From NCBI GenBank assembly GCA_964016885.1, contig OZ024740.1, positions 156,302,001 to 156,366,000 of the forward strand: 64,000 nt of DNA, given 5' to 3'. This DNA is from Eledone cirrhosa (lineage: Eukaryota). This document shows, in pieces, positions 25,241-37,785 of the stretch (positions are counted from its first letter, which is position 1; the number at the start of each line of letters is the position of its first letter). The translations under genes and the position numbers were made by a program. The notes under the pieces are model-generated. The model worked only from the letters and a program-made list of their open reading frames with translations. It made no database searches and was not told the origin of the DNA.

Positions 25241-26149
25241 ATGTAACTTTTTTTAATCTTTTCCTCTATATTTCCTTCTTCCCCCCATCTCTTCCTAGTC
25301 CTTCCACCCCAGATCTCGTTCCTTGTCTTTTTTTCACCTTTTCGCCTACCCCAATGCAGCCCATCGGTCCTCTGTAGCCTCAATACCTCCACCCCCTAAT
25401 TTTAAAATAGAATTGGCCGATTACACTTTTTATAGCAGATGTGTTAGACCCCAGTAAATTGTTTTCTTTCTGGTTGCTGCTCCATTTCTGTGATTTCTAA
25501 ATTTCTTTTTGTATTAGTATTCTTGAATTAGTATTTCTGTATTAGTATTCTGAATTAATATTTCGTATTAGTATTTTTGTAATAGTATTTGTAAGTATTT
25601 GTAAGTATTTTAGTATATTTTGTTCTCAACTTATTAACCTGTCATTGTAAGATAGCATTGGCTGATTACTAACTAACTATAGCAGTGGTGTTAGACCCCC
25701 TGTAAAGCCGGCTTTATCAAATTCTTTCACTACAATCTCGTATTTAGTATTTTTCTCCACCTCTTAAACTTTTCTATAGCTTAGCAATACCAATGAGAGA
25801 TTTGGTGATTGTGGAAATGGAGTAGTAACCAGAAATTGTTTTTTTATATTTATTTCCTTATTTTTATAATGTTTTTTTTTGTTTACTCCCTTTCGATTTA
25901 CCTATTCTTTCAACTTCACCCCTCCCCTTCTCCAGTACACTTTTTTCGACCTTCTATACACTATCCTTAGAATCTGCTGTATAGATTTCACTTTCAACGC
26001 TTGACTGGGTTTCCCCCACACCCTCTTTGTTCTACCGGCAACTTCAACTACCCCTACCTCCCCCCAAATGCCATGATAGAATCATCTGTCTTTACAACAA
26101 ATTTTTGACCAATTATTTTGACAATTACTATCTTCCCATATAAGGAATT

Positions 26150-26245
26150 ACCCCCTGAGAAGTTCGGCTATTTATTTACCATGCTAACAATTCTTATTTA
26201 GTCCAGAATTAGCCGTCGAAACGGCTTGAGCTCTGCCGTCGGGGT
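26150..26245 (+). ncRNA. Type-I hammerhead-like motif with long helix-II loop
   Basis: ACCCC-CUGAGAA-G..CGGCUA...UAGCCG.C-GAA-ACGGC UUGAGCUCU GCCGU-C-GGGGU. All three helices pair. The core has one deviation (CUGAGAA). Confidence 0.65.
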
Positions 26246-26569
26246 CATACTTGTTCCTATTACCTACTCTACTACCCTAAGTATTGAGTACTTTGGTGCG
26301 TTATGGTCCATCTGGTTCCTTACCACATTTCCTTCGTATATATACATACACCTACAGATTTTTAAAGATTCCTGGTTAACTTTCCTGGAGAATTTTCTCG
26401 CATTCGTCGGTGGCGATTGTCAAACTGATCTCAGGTTGTGTTGTGGTGTGTGACTCTATATATAAGAGATTTGGTTGTGTCAGTGTGTGTGTGTGTGGGG
26501 GGGGGGGGTGTTAATGAGTGTGAGAGTAAAGGAGTGTCAATAAAGATTTAAATGAAGAATATAGTGAAT

Positions 26570-28625
26570 TATCAACACGAAATGCCAGAGAACAGAATAT
26601 TTCACCACAACAGAAACATCCCTATCTCAAATGGAGGAATCACTAGTGAAAAACAAAAAAAACTTCAAATCCCCCTTAAATAGAGACCGACACCTGGAAG
26701 CATACATAACCTGCCTACGACGATCGGTACAATCAAATATTGCAGAGACGAAACACAACGGTAACATCCCTACAGACCAATTGCTAGCACTAAACAAGCC
26801 ACAAAAAGACTCCTCAATAATCATAAAAGAAGCTGACAAAGCAATCGTCATCATGGACAAAAAACACTAGAACAGTTGAATGACGAGGGTTTTTACAGGA
26901 AAATCAGCAAAAGCGAAGTAAGAAAATCGATGATTCAAATAGGTAAACTGACGACAAAGTACCAAAATAACCTTACGCTAAAGGAAATCAATTACTTAAC
27001 CAACTTCGAAATGAAAACCAGCAATTTTTAAGGATTGCCGAAAGTTCACAAATCCAGAGAAATCCAAAACAACATAAAAGGCAAAAATACATCATATGTT
27101 GAAGTACAAAACCGACAGATTTAATATTATGCCCAATTGTTGCTGGTCCAGCTTCAAGCACACAACGTCTAAGCAACCTATTAGACATACTGAAACCCTT
27201 ATGCAATAAAGTGCCAAGCTCCATCAGAGATGATATGGAATTCCTGAACTATATCCCCCAGAAAGTACACCAAGAAACAATCTTAGTCAGCTTTGACGTA
27301 ACAAGCTTATATACTAACATCCCACACGACTAAAGAATTGAAGTTGTTGACTTCTGGATTACAAAATACCCAGACTACATTTCAGAGAGAGTTCCCAAAA
27401 TGTTTATTTTGGAAGGTTTCAAATTAGTATTGGGGAACAACCACTTCCTCTTTGATAACGATTTGTATTTACAAATAAAAGGAACGGCCATAGGCACCAA
27501 AGTGGCCCCAACATATGCAACACTCGTTATGGGACTCCTAGAGGCAAAATTATATTCCCAGCTGCAGGAAACATTCAATCATGACTTCGCCACCTACATT
27601 AATCACAACTTGGAATGTTACCTAGACGACTGATTCATCTTCTGGAATAGAAAGGCCTGCAAACATTCCATCATAAACAGTCTTCACGAAGCAATAAAAT
27701 TTACCATGGAATATAATAAAAAGGAACTACCGTTTCTGGATATCCTTATCATTAAAGAAGGGGAAAATATCAAAACAGACCTATTTTACAAACCAACAGA
27801 CACACCAATACTTGAATTTACGATCAGCACACACCTCACATACCAAAAGGAACATTCCTTTTAACATGGTAAGACGCATTTGCACCATACTAACATACCC
27901 CACACTACAGGAAAAAAGAGTAAATGAGTTCCTTAAAAGACAAGAACATCCGGTGAACCTCATCAATGCGACCATCTCCAAGGCCCAGAATATCCGAGTG
28001 ACAACACTGAGAAAAACATACCAACAAAAAAACAAAAAAAAAAACAGTTATCCCTTTTGTCCTCACACACAATCCAAGGACCTTCAACATTGTGAAAGCC
28101 GCTAAACAATATCTCCCGATCTCCAACAGTCCCCCAAAATGAATGCACTCATAAAAGACTTACAAATAATACATAGTAGACGCCACGCACCCAACCTAAA
28201 AAAACTGCTTACCAAGGCGAAATGTACGTCTGATAATGAAACAATGCAAGTTAAGAAATGCGGGGACCCTCGATGCGGAAATAGTGAACACATTGAAGAG
28301 AGTGGATAAATCTCCTTTAAAAACAATCAGATTTTCAAAGTTAATGTAAACATGAATTGCAAAACAATAAAAAATTAATTTACTGTGCAACTTGTCCACA
28401 ATGTAAAGATATTACATTAGTGAAACCGGAACGGGTCTACATGACAGAGTTCGTGTACATAAAGAACAAATTAGAGATCCTTCTGTCAGAAACACCACAT
28501 GCAGTGAACACTTTGCATCATGCGGAAAGGGAAAATTCACAATCTCCCCTTCTATAAGATATGGTCGGCCAACGAACATTTTTCATTAGAAAGTGCAAAC
28601 CGCTACTCTACACAAACAAAATGAT
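26570..28625 (+). mobile_element. Decayed Penelope-like element (RT + Zn-finger + GIY-YIG), Neptune-like
   Basis: ADK..IVIMD, GLPKVHK, FDVTSLYTNI, GTAIGTKVAPTYA, YLDD, LPFLD, CGDPRCG, LIYCATCPQC and CSEHF, spread across many frameshifts. The clade label is tentative. Confidence 0.85.
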
Positions 28626-28921
28626 ATTCCATCTTCAAATAACGGGATTCTCTCCCTTTTCTTTTTAGATCGCTTATTTAAAAAAGAAAAATATCCAAAT
28701 AGTAGTGGTTGACACCCACACTTTCAAACATTCGAACGTTGAAGAGGAGAACAACCCTCGGAGGTACACTACCATTTCACTAATGCCCCTCCTCCAATGT
28801 ATATGTGAACTTAAATACTTGAGTAGATGTATGTGTGTGTAGATGTGTATGTATGTATATGTCTGTATGTCTGTAGGTGTACAGGTACGAGTGTGCATGA
28901 GTGTGTATGTATGTGCATGTG

Positions 28922-28961
<40 letters not shown>

Positions 28962-29806
28962 TACATGTGTGGATATGTGTATGTATGTGTGTATGTATGC
29001 GTATATATGTGTGTGTGTGTGTATATATATATATATACATACACACATATATATACGCACACACACGCACACATATATATATATATGGATGTGCGTGTAT
29101 ATATGTGTGTGTGTGTGTGTGGGTGTGTGTATGTATGTATATGTATATGGGCTGTATGTATGTTTACATGTAGGGAAGTAAATATGTGAGCTAACCTGAC
29201 CCCCTTCCCCACTTCCCCTCCCAAACCAATATCAACAACATACATTTCTATCAACAAATATTTCAAAACTAACCTTATTTTTCTCTTTGCTGTCATCCCC
29301 TATTTTATCAAAAGACATGTATCTTACCCCCCCCCCCCCCCCACTACCCAAATTCATCTTTAATATAGAAAATTGTCGAAGTTATTCTATATAAATTTAA
29401 GATAGTAGATCCAGCCATAAGAAACGAATTTGAAAAACATCCTGCCATTATATTCATCAAAGGTTATTTATTGAAATGGAACCAGCAGGAAGTCACTTTT
29501 ACAACACTTTCTAAAAAAAACCTTAAAACCCCAACACCTCTCAACTCCACTCCCAATCAATTATCTTGCTGTTACCATTCATATTTTCGGTGTATATATA
29601 TAAAGAAGAGAAGTGGCTGTGTAGTTGTTAGATAAGGTATGCTTAAAAATAAGAAGAAATCAAGAACGGGAGAAATTATATATATATATATATATATATA
29701 TTAAAGTGTTAAACGATATTCAATGATTATGTCAAAGAATGAGTTTTACAGTAGATTGATTAAATCTTAACCACTTAACATCTCAGGGTATGTCATGTAT
29801 CATTAT

Positions 29807-29859
29807 ATTTTGTCTGATGAGGACGTACTGTTGTACATCCGAAATATGTATAATAAAAT
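29807..29859 (+). ncRNA. Type-I minimal hammerhead motif (family C) in a solo pLTR fragment
   Basis: AUUUUGU-CUGAUGA-GGACGUAC UGUU GUACAUCC-GAA-AUA UG UAU-A-AUAAAAU. Confidence 0.7.
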
Positions 29860-30984
29860 GTAATTGATCAAAAGAACATCTATTTTTTTATATTTATATT
29901 TTAATATATATATATATATATATAATAGAAAACGAAAAATCAATGATGCATCTGAACCCAATTTATTGTGTGTTACAATTGTTTCGCCGGCGGACAGCTT
30001 GAGGCACGATCATTGTGTGGATCTGTCTGATTCTGGACCCGCAGGTTCGACAGACACGTCTAATGATTTCGGAGCATATTCTCTCACTGGGGTATCTGAC
30101 CCTCTAGGCCAGTACCGTCACAAACATCATCCTCTTCGCGCGTCCTGTGATTGGCCGCTGGTTATCGACGTCACCATAATTCTGACCACAGGTACCAGTC
30201 CGCTGACCATCAGGGCGTTAGCTGTCCCATGTCTGCTACACTTCAATAAATTACTGCTGTGTTTGGTTGTTCTCACATTCACGCGCGCGCGCACACACAC
30301 ACACACACACAATCACATAGATAATGACAGTCATACGCATAGTCACACGCTATAAACACACATTTAAGGAGAGCATAGAAATATATGCATACATGCATCC
30401 AGAGAGGCACGTACACACACAGACACATACCCACATGCTTATATACATCAACATACACACACACATACATGTGTATACACATGCACACGCGTATATATAC
30501 CCGTACACACAAACACATACAGACATCATATACATAGACCCCCCCCCCCCCCCCTCCAGCCACTCCACACACATATACACGTACACATATCCATATATAC
30601 ACACACAGATACACACTCGCGCGCAAACACACATATATACACAAACAAGCCCTTTCCCTACACGCGTGCTTGTACACACACACACACACACACTGGCGCA
30701 TATACACTCTTACAAATGCTATATATATATATAGAGAGAGGGAGAGAATTCAGATTTGCAGCTTATTATGAAACTTTATTGCATATTACAGCTATTAAAA
30801 AATATATATGTACGTCAATACTTATCTTTTTCCATTTCTCCGAGGGTTCTTAACCCCACTATCAGGCTAAATAATTTCTTTAATTTCTTTAGTCAAAATA
30901 CGGCGATAGCTAACATTTCTAATAATATATATATATATATTTTAATAACTAACAAAAGGTTATCGCTTTACATGGCTGAATACA

Positions 30985-31210
30985 ATAAATGTAATCTGAG
31001 TTTTCCGAATATTAATAATAATATTCGATTCGTTTGCAATTATGCAAACAAGCCTCATTTATACCATATCAGTAGAATGAGCCCCCCATTCTTGCTCTTG
31101 TGTTGACATGTAAATGAGGGGCTCATTCTAGTGACATGGCTTAAAAGAGGCTTGTTTGTAAAGGAATAAAATATTATTATTAATATTCGAAAAACTCTGA
31201 TTACATTTAT
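30985..31210. repeat. Imperfect fold-back of a repeat also found at 13615-13795 and 40610-40700
   Basis: 30987-31085 is reverse-complementary to 31118-31210. Confidence 0.7.
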
Positions 31211-31579
31211 ATATATCTTAATTCCTTTAAATCTTTATCAACACTCCTTCACTCCCACACTCATTAACACCCCCACATAACCCCAACACAACAACATCTC
31301 TTATATATAGAGTCACACATCACAACAGAATCTGAAATCAGTTTCACATTCGAAAACAAGAAGATGGTCTGATCGAACCTATAATGACGTCTGATAATAT
31401 ACAGTTATATAACTGCTATATATCAGTCTATATGTCAATATGATCAACCCTCCGAAACGATCATAAAACAATGATATGAATAGTTAAAATAACTTGACCT
31501 TGTTGTTATTATTTTCATTGTTAAATTAATATCGAATACATACATACATTCATACACACATACATACATACATCAACAC

Positions 31580-32460
31580 GAAATCAACACGAAATACCTG
31601 ATTCACAAAAGAGATAGGGATGCAGGCAAAACACCTAGATGTGATAACAAGTGCATACTCTGCAGAATTAACATCGAAGATGTCACCCATGTCATAAGCA
31701 GCTGTCCAAAGATGTCATCGTGGTACTATCTACCTATCAGGCATGATGTAGTGGCCAAAACACTGTACAATGCAATCAGTAGAAAAGATAGCCCCGATAA
31801 TAAACACATTAAAAGCTACAGCAATGTGGAAGACATCCATGTACATAATATGAAAGAGTACTGGTGGAATGTTCTAGTAAAAACCCCAATAAAATGCAGG
31901 CATAACAGACCAGATATTATGATATGGGATTGGGAAAAGCAGGCATCACAGTAGTGAAAGTTAGCTGCTCAGCAGATGCCAATATAATATCAAAGATTAG
32001 TGAAAAGAAGAATATTTATGCAGAACTGATGAGAAATCTGCAGATACTTCATCCTGATTATACCTTCATATTTATGCCTGTGATTATTGGGGCACTGGGA
32101 TATGTTAGTAACTGCCTCAATACAAATCTTGAGAAGTTGGGCTTCACAGGAACAGAAAGAACACAACTAGTTACGAAATTACAAATACAATCCATTAATG
32201 GAACAGTAAAAATATGTAAAACATTCTAAAAATTTTGAATCTAATAACTGCATATACACATGTACAGATACAAAGCATATACACATGCACACATACAACT
32301 CAAAACATCCACATCCACACATACAATAACATCCATATCTACACATGCATGCATGAAGACAGTTGATGTGTAAATTCCAATGAGAGAGTCTTGTGTCTAT
32401 GTTAGAAACCGACTCTCTCTATTGGCAAACATTTGTGAAATTATAAAACCAGAAGAACAT
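31580..32460 (+). mobile_element. 5'-truncated RLE-type LINE (R4/Dong-like): CCHC knuckle + RLE endonuclease + 3' UTR
   Basis: CILC...EDVTHVISSC, RHDVV, HNRPDI, EKKNIY..L and PVIIGALG. Flanked on both sides by (TACA)n. Confidence 0.82.
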
Positions 32461-32482
32461 ACATACATACCCCCCCACCCCA

Positions 32483-32554
<72 letters not shown>

Positions 32555-32614
32555 GTGAAAGAATGAAGAATAACATGGTCGGCTGTACAAAAAGAGTTTA
32601 TTTACAGTATTAAC

Positions 32615-32767
32615 AATTGTTTCATTAATCAGGTGCGTCTAAAGGCCGCTGATCGCTAGAAATTGCGTCACCCGATCGAAATTACTGTGTGTGTCTCTGA
32701 TCAAATCATCATGACGCAATTTCTAGCGATCAGCGGCCTTTAGACTCACCTGATTAATGAAACAATT
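32615..32767. repeat. Fold-back with 56-bp arms overlapping a truncated HHR (32607-32711, minus)
   Basis: Arms are 32615-32670 and 32712-32767. The minus strand reads UGAUGA-UUUGAUCAG...CUGAUUAAU-GAA-ACAAUUGU-U. Confidence 0.85.
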
Positions 32768-34303
32768 TTATCAAACGGCATTCCTTCAATGAACAAATTT
32801 ACCGGCAACTGTGCCAAGATAATGACGAAGAATTCGTCAAGTTGCTCCTTCATACTGAGGTGAGGTGGCTTTCAAAGGGCAAGTGCTTTACTCACTTTGA
32901 ACTCTTCGACTCTATCATTGAGTTTCTGCGAGGACGCAACACAGAACTGTACAAGAAAACCCTCGATGTGAGGCAAGACTGCGCCTACCTCACCAACATC
33001 TTCGACAAATGCAATAGCGTCATTTTGGCTTTGCAGGGGAATAAGTTCACCTTGGTTAAAGCAAGGAATGCTGTGAAAACATTCCTGGCCAAATTGAATG
33101 TCATCGAAAGGAATCTTTGTTGACGGGAATTCTATAATTTTCCTAGTGTCGCCAATGTTCAAAACATTGTAAGCGATGACCAACTCCAAATTTATACCAC
33201 TCACCTCCGTGCACTTCAAGACAACATGAGAGAACGTTTTGTCGACCTTTTGCCGATGGACATCCCAATGTGGATAGCAGATCCCTTCATAGCTAACGTC
33301 GACGATTTGGACGTTAAATTTCAAGAAGAATTCATTGAACTCAAGCAGATGACATGATCAAAATTAGATTTCCCAAAATAGGTGAACCCCTTTTTGGGAT
33401 GCAAGAGGAAATTCAGCGTTAATTTCCACACCTACATGCAGAGCCTAAGAGATTTGCTTTGCCTTTTCCAAGCTCATACTTAGTCGAGAGGAGGTTTGAT
33501 GCTGTTTCCAGACTGCACAGTAAGTCTCGCAACCGCTACAATGTAATTACACGTGGAGATCTCTGGCTACATCTTAGGAAAACTCAGCCTCACGTCAAAG
33601 AATTAGCTAGACTCCATGAAGCTCAAGGGTCCCATTGAAATGAGGTCAAAGTTAAAGTAAGTTAATTTATCCGAAAACTTGGATATGCTATTGTTACAAA
33701 GCAAACTAACAATTTTTTTATTTGTAGTTGCAGTCTGACTGGACTGGAAACCATCTACTACAATTCACTTACTCATTTGTTGTATATATTTTACCATTTA
33801 TTAATAAATATATCCTCCAGCGTGGTCATGAAAACCCTCTTCCGGGGTCTCTAAGCTCACAAAGCAGAGGGGACATCAAGATAAATATCAACATTTATTC
33901 TGTCCATTTCATTAAAGGGAACATTGGAAAGCTTTGAAATGATATAATTGCCACTTTCTTTCAGATAAGAGCACTCTTGGGATAGACAGAGTTGCTCTTG
34001 TGTAAATGTTCAAAATAGCTGGTATCGCCTGGTGGGAATATAACAAATTCAACTGGTCCTTATTCATAAAAAAGAACATTTATGTTCCTTTTTTTGAAAT
34101 TTATATATTTCCTTTCAAGGAATGTATTTATACTCTCAGCTGCCTGCAATGGTATCTTTGGAATATTGTTAATCAATTTTTTAGTAATCTACTGATATCA
34201 AAATCAGTAGTATATTGAAAAATGTAAAAATAGGGTAGGGGGGCGTTTCGTGATTTCGAGGGACAAAAAGGGGCGTTTGGCCTAAATGGGTTGAGAACCT
34301 GTG
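32768..34303 (+). mobile_element. hAT (Buster-like) transposase 3' remnant with right end, copy 2
   Basis: LLLHTEVRWLSKG, LALQG and LPFPSSYLVERRF (hAT dimerization region). TIR-like end GGGTTGAGAACCTGTG. Confidence 0.82.
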
Positions 34304-34347
34304 CCTTAAACGGTACCTTGTTATCCTATATATATATATATATATAT

Positions 34348-34981
34348 AATGAATCAAAACATATTAAATATGTTTAGAATTTTGTGTTTCTTAATAAGCA
34401 AGCTCAATAGACTCTATCTAGAGCCATAATAACCAAATAAAGAGATATATGTGTATACAGAGATAGAAAAAGCCACATATTGCACAAGAAACACGGTATA
34501 TATACATATTCTATAGAAGAATATGTTTACAGGTGGGATCATATGTGAAACCTTATAGCGCTATTTCATACCTGGAGAGTATGGCTAAAAATCAATCTAT
34601 GTAATCGATCATCGAAAAAAATCAATCAATATAATCGATCATCCAAGACGAACTATCGATTATGATTAAACCACATGAGACTCAAGTACTCATCAGATGT
34701 CTAGTCTCAACATTCCAAGGGAAATATAGAATAAAGATTGTAAATAAATCAATACACCTGGGAATATCCACAGCTAACTCCAACTCGTTCACATGCTAAG
34801 AAGCACATAGTGAAATACGCTAGACCCGAGACAAATAAACATCCACAAGGTGGACGATAACTCCGCTAGAAATAGGAACGGTAATTATAACCACCGAGCT
34901 CAACAAGTTAAGCGGTTTGGAGCCGTTAAATACAAATAATGAATCAAAACATATAAGATATATTTAGAATTCCGTGTTTCT
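34348..34981 (-). mobile_element. Non-coding ~590-nt HHR-bearing unit with ~44-bp terminal direct repeat
   Basis: 34348-34391 resembles 34938-34981. The unit has an internal HHR and is preceded by (TA)n. Confidence 0.55.
34548..34702 (-). ncRNA. Type-I hammerhead motif with ~110-nt helix-II insert
   Basis: AGACAU-CUGAUGA-GUACUUG...CAGGUAU-GAA-AUAGCGCUAU-A-AGGUUU. Helix III is palindromic. Confidence 0.6.
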
Positions 34982-35194
34982 CCCTCTTGCACCAATGGCC
35001 AGCCAACACAGGCTGGAGATAGAATGTGTAACAACAAGAGCGGTGCCCCAGCATGGCCTCAGCCGGATGGCTGGAACAGGTAAAATATATATTTTTTTAG
35101 GAACGATCGACTTTCGTCAAATTAGACCGAGGAAACAATGTTTCCATTGGTCTTTCCAATTGCTACTACTATCTATCGGTCGCAACTCCAGGTA

Positions 35195-35318
35195 GAAGGA
35201 GCAACGTGAAATAAAGTGTCTTGCTCAAGAACATAACGCATCGTCCGGTCCAGAAATCGAACCCACAACCTCACGATTGCGAATCCAATTCTCTAACCAC
35301 TCAGCCTCACGCCTTCAC
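35195..35318 (-). mobile_element. tRNA-derived SINE head (second family)
   Basis: The minus strand has GGCTGAGTGGTTAGAG (A box), GGTTCGATTTC (B box), then TTCTTGAGCAAGACACTTTATTTCAC. Confidence 0.65.
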
Positions 35319-35346
35319 TAAGATATATATATATTTATATATATAA

Positions 35347-35429
35347 TAAAGAGGAAAATGCGATGTGGAAGATGTTAGGGCCTTTTAATAAAGGACCCTA
35401 ACATCTTCAACTTCGCATTTTCCTCTTTA
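35347..35429. repeat. ~83-bp hairpin
   Basis: TAAAGAGGAAAATGCGA...GAAGATGTTAGGG pairs with CCCTAACATCTTC...TCGCATTTTCCTCTTTA. Confidence 0.85.
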
Positions 35430-35592
35430 GTAATATATTCCTTCATCCTTGTTTTTAGGAAGTAATATGACGTTGAATGCTAGAAATGAATTGCATCCTT
35501 ATTATTCAGTGAATTACTAGTAACCGTTAAGTTGGAGTACGATTCTACTGCTTTGCATTTCGAGCAAGTGTCATTTACCATAGACTAGGATA

Positions 35593-36012
35593 AAACCATG
35601 CTTAAACATGTAAAGCTAGAAAGATAGAAACTGTTTGGAAACCTGACGAATGGACTGCACTTATAACTGAAAGGGCCAGCCTTGTCACACACCGTGTAAC
35701 GTTGAACCTACCTGAGAATTAAATTAAGGGTATATATCTGTGTGAAGTGCTTGGCCACATACACGTTCATTACATGAACAGGCTGTTCCTTTGATCGTAC
35801 AACTGAAATACCCAGGGAAAGCCTGTTCATGTAATTAACGTGTATGTGGCTAAGCATTCCACAGGTAGAAGTACCCTTAAGTTAATTCTCCGATTGATTC
35901 AACGTGACACAGTGTGTGACAAGTTTGGCCCTTTCAGTTACAGTTGCACTCCATCCGACAGGCTTCCAAACAAATTCTGTCTTACCAGCTTCACATGTTT
36001 AAGCATGGTTCT
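35593..36012. repeat. Old, diverged fold-back (arms ~190 bp)
   Basis: 35593-35783 aligns in reverse complement with 35820-36012, with many mismatches. A partial copy lies at 38415-38490. Confidence 0.75.
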
Positions 36013-36214
36013 ATCCGACAGATGTCTATTCCAGTTCTTTAACAATTCTATTAGGGGCTATTTCGTTTGTGAGATGTGACACATCCTATTAGAACTTTTA
36101 GAGCGGTAACTAATTCGTTGATTTTATTTGTTAGCTACGCACCTGTTTTAATCTTTGCCAAATCTGATGTTATCTTTGCCAAATCTGATGTTATCTACCG
36201 AGTAAATGGTATAT

Positions 36215-36469
36215 TTTTGGTATATTTTTGGTATATTTTCCGAGCCGTACAGAGCTAATTGTGTTTATATATCAGTTTATTTCCTCCACACATGAATACG
36301 TTAAAGTGTCAAGGTTTGTCATTAATGTTAATAACATAAGGCGGTGAACTGACAGAGTCGCTAGAACGTCGGTGCTTAGCTGTGTTCATTCTTGCTCTCT
36401 GTGCTCCATCGATGTCAAAATTGGCTTTCGTCCTTTTGAGGTCGATAAACAATGAACCAGTCCAATACT
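36215..36469 (+). repeat. Donor of a 255-bp inverted duplication (includes a decayed SINE from 36338)
   Basis: Reverse complement of 37531-37785. I saw no mismatches. Confidence 0.9.
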
Positions 36470-37530
36470 GGAGTCGATTCTTCCTCTGTATATCTCTCTC
36501 CCTCTCTCTGTCTCATTCTTCTCTAGAAGAAATGGACTGTGTCCTGGTGTGATGTGGGATGATCTCCGCTTGGTTTAAATGCCCAAAGCGCCATATGTTA
36601 CATCGTCGCCGTTAGGACTTCATTATGAGTTATGGCTACATGATGTATTCTTAAGTAATTCGAATACAACAATACTTTTTTTTCGTATTAATTTGCTTTG
36701 AGGTGGAAGTATAAGCTGAAATTGAAAAATTTGAATAATTGAGTGCCGTGTGAGTTTAACATATTTGTCTTCTGGTTTAGGCAACAATATTTTCCAGTTA
36801 TAAAAACTGTTACGTTTCAGCTTATTGTTATTTTTTTATTCGAGGAGGATGTAAAGATTCTACATTGTCGATGAGAAGATATTTAGTAAATATTTTTTTA
36901 AGATCGATTATTTTTATGTCAATCCTAAGTTATGGAATTTCTATTGATAATTTTCCCACGACCTGTCTCGCTATAGCTATTTCACCACCGATCAAGTTTT
37001 AATGGGATTCTAATATATATATATCATTTAGAAAACGTAAGAGAAACACAAACATAAATACAAGGACAATTTCCACTCATTGGCTGTCTTCTGTGGATCA
37101 CTAATGTTTCGAACGCATTAAAGACAGTAAATCTCACCACAGTGGGTTGATAACTAAGAGGGATAGGTATCCGCCCCCCCCCCCCCCTCACACACACAAA
37201 AACACACAGACGATAACGCAGAGAACGACAAACAAAAAAGAAAGACATACCGATAGAGAATGGGAAACACTAGACAGTAGTACATGTAATTTGCAGTAAC
37301 CAGAGGGAGAGAGGCAGAAGTCAATACAGAGACCGAACGTAAGTCCTGAACCCGTACTAACAGCACGAGGTGAGCCAAGAAAAGAAACGTCTGATCATAG
37401 CGAGAACAGGCGCAAAGTGGAAGAGACGAAGGAAAACGGAAGTGAGAACGGGCAAGTGGTAAGGGAGCAGAGAGAGAGAGGGGGAAGAAAGGAGATATAT
37501 GGTAAGAGAGAAAGAGAATAAGTGAGAATA

Positions 37531-37785
37531 AGTATTGGACTGGTTCATTGTTTATCGACCTCAAAAGGACGAAAGCCAATTTTGACATCGATGGAGCACA
37601 GAGAGCAAGAATGAACACAGCTAAGCACCGACGTTCTAGCGACTCTGTCAGTTCACCGCCTTATGTTATTAACATTAATGACAAACCTTGACACTTTAAC
37701 GTATTCATGTGTGGAGGAAATAAACTGATATATAAACACAATTAGCTCTGTACGGCTCGGAAAATATACCAAAAATATACCAAAA
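37531..37785 (-). repeat. Inverted copy of 36215-36469
   Basis: Direct comparison of the two segments. Confidence 0.9.

Larger units (their letters stand above)
24170..26345 (+). mobile_element. 5'-truncated Penelope-like element with inverted 5' pLTR fragment
   Basis: GIY-YIG ORF 24524..25240. 24183-24240 is the reverse complement of 26189-26246. Flanked by (TA)n. Confidence 0.88.

Noticed and set aside
26365-26415. Minus-strand CCGACGA...GAAAGTTAAC motif as a hammerhead
   Set aside because: It has two or more core violations and poor helix I, so it is too decayed to call.
26570-28625. In-frame stops as selenocysteine recoding (as in Naiad PLEs)
   Set aside because: The stops are of mixed types and come with frameshifts. 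The endonuclease is C-terminal, not N-terminal, so this is ordinary decay.
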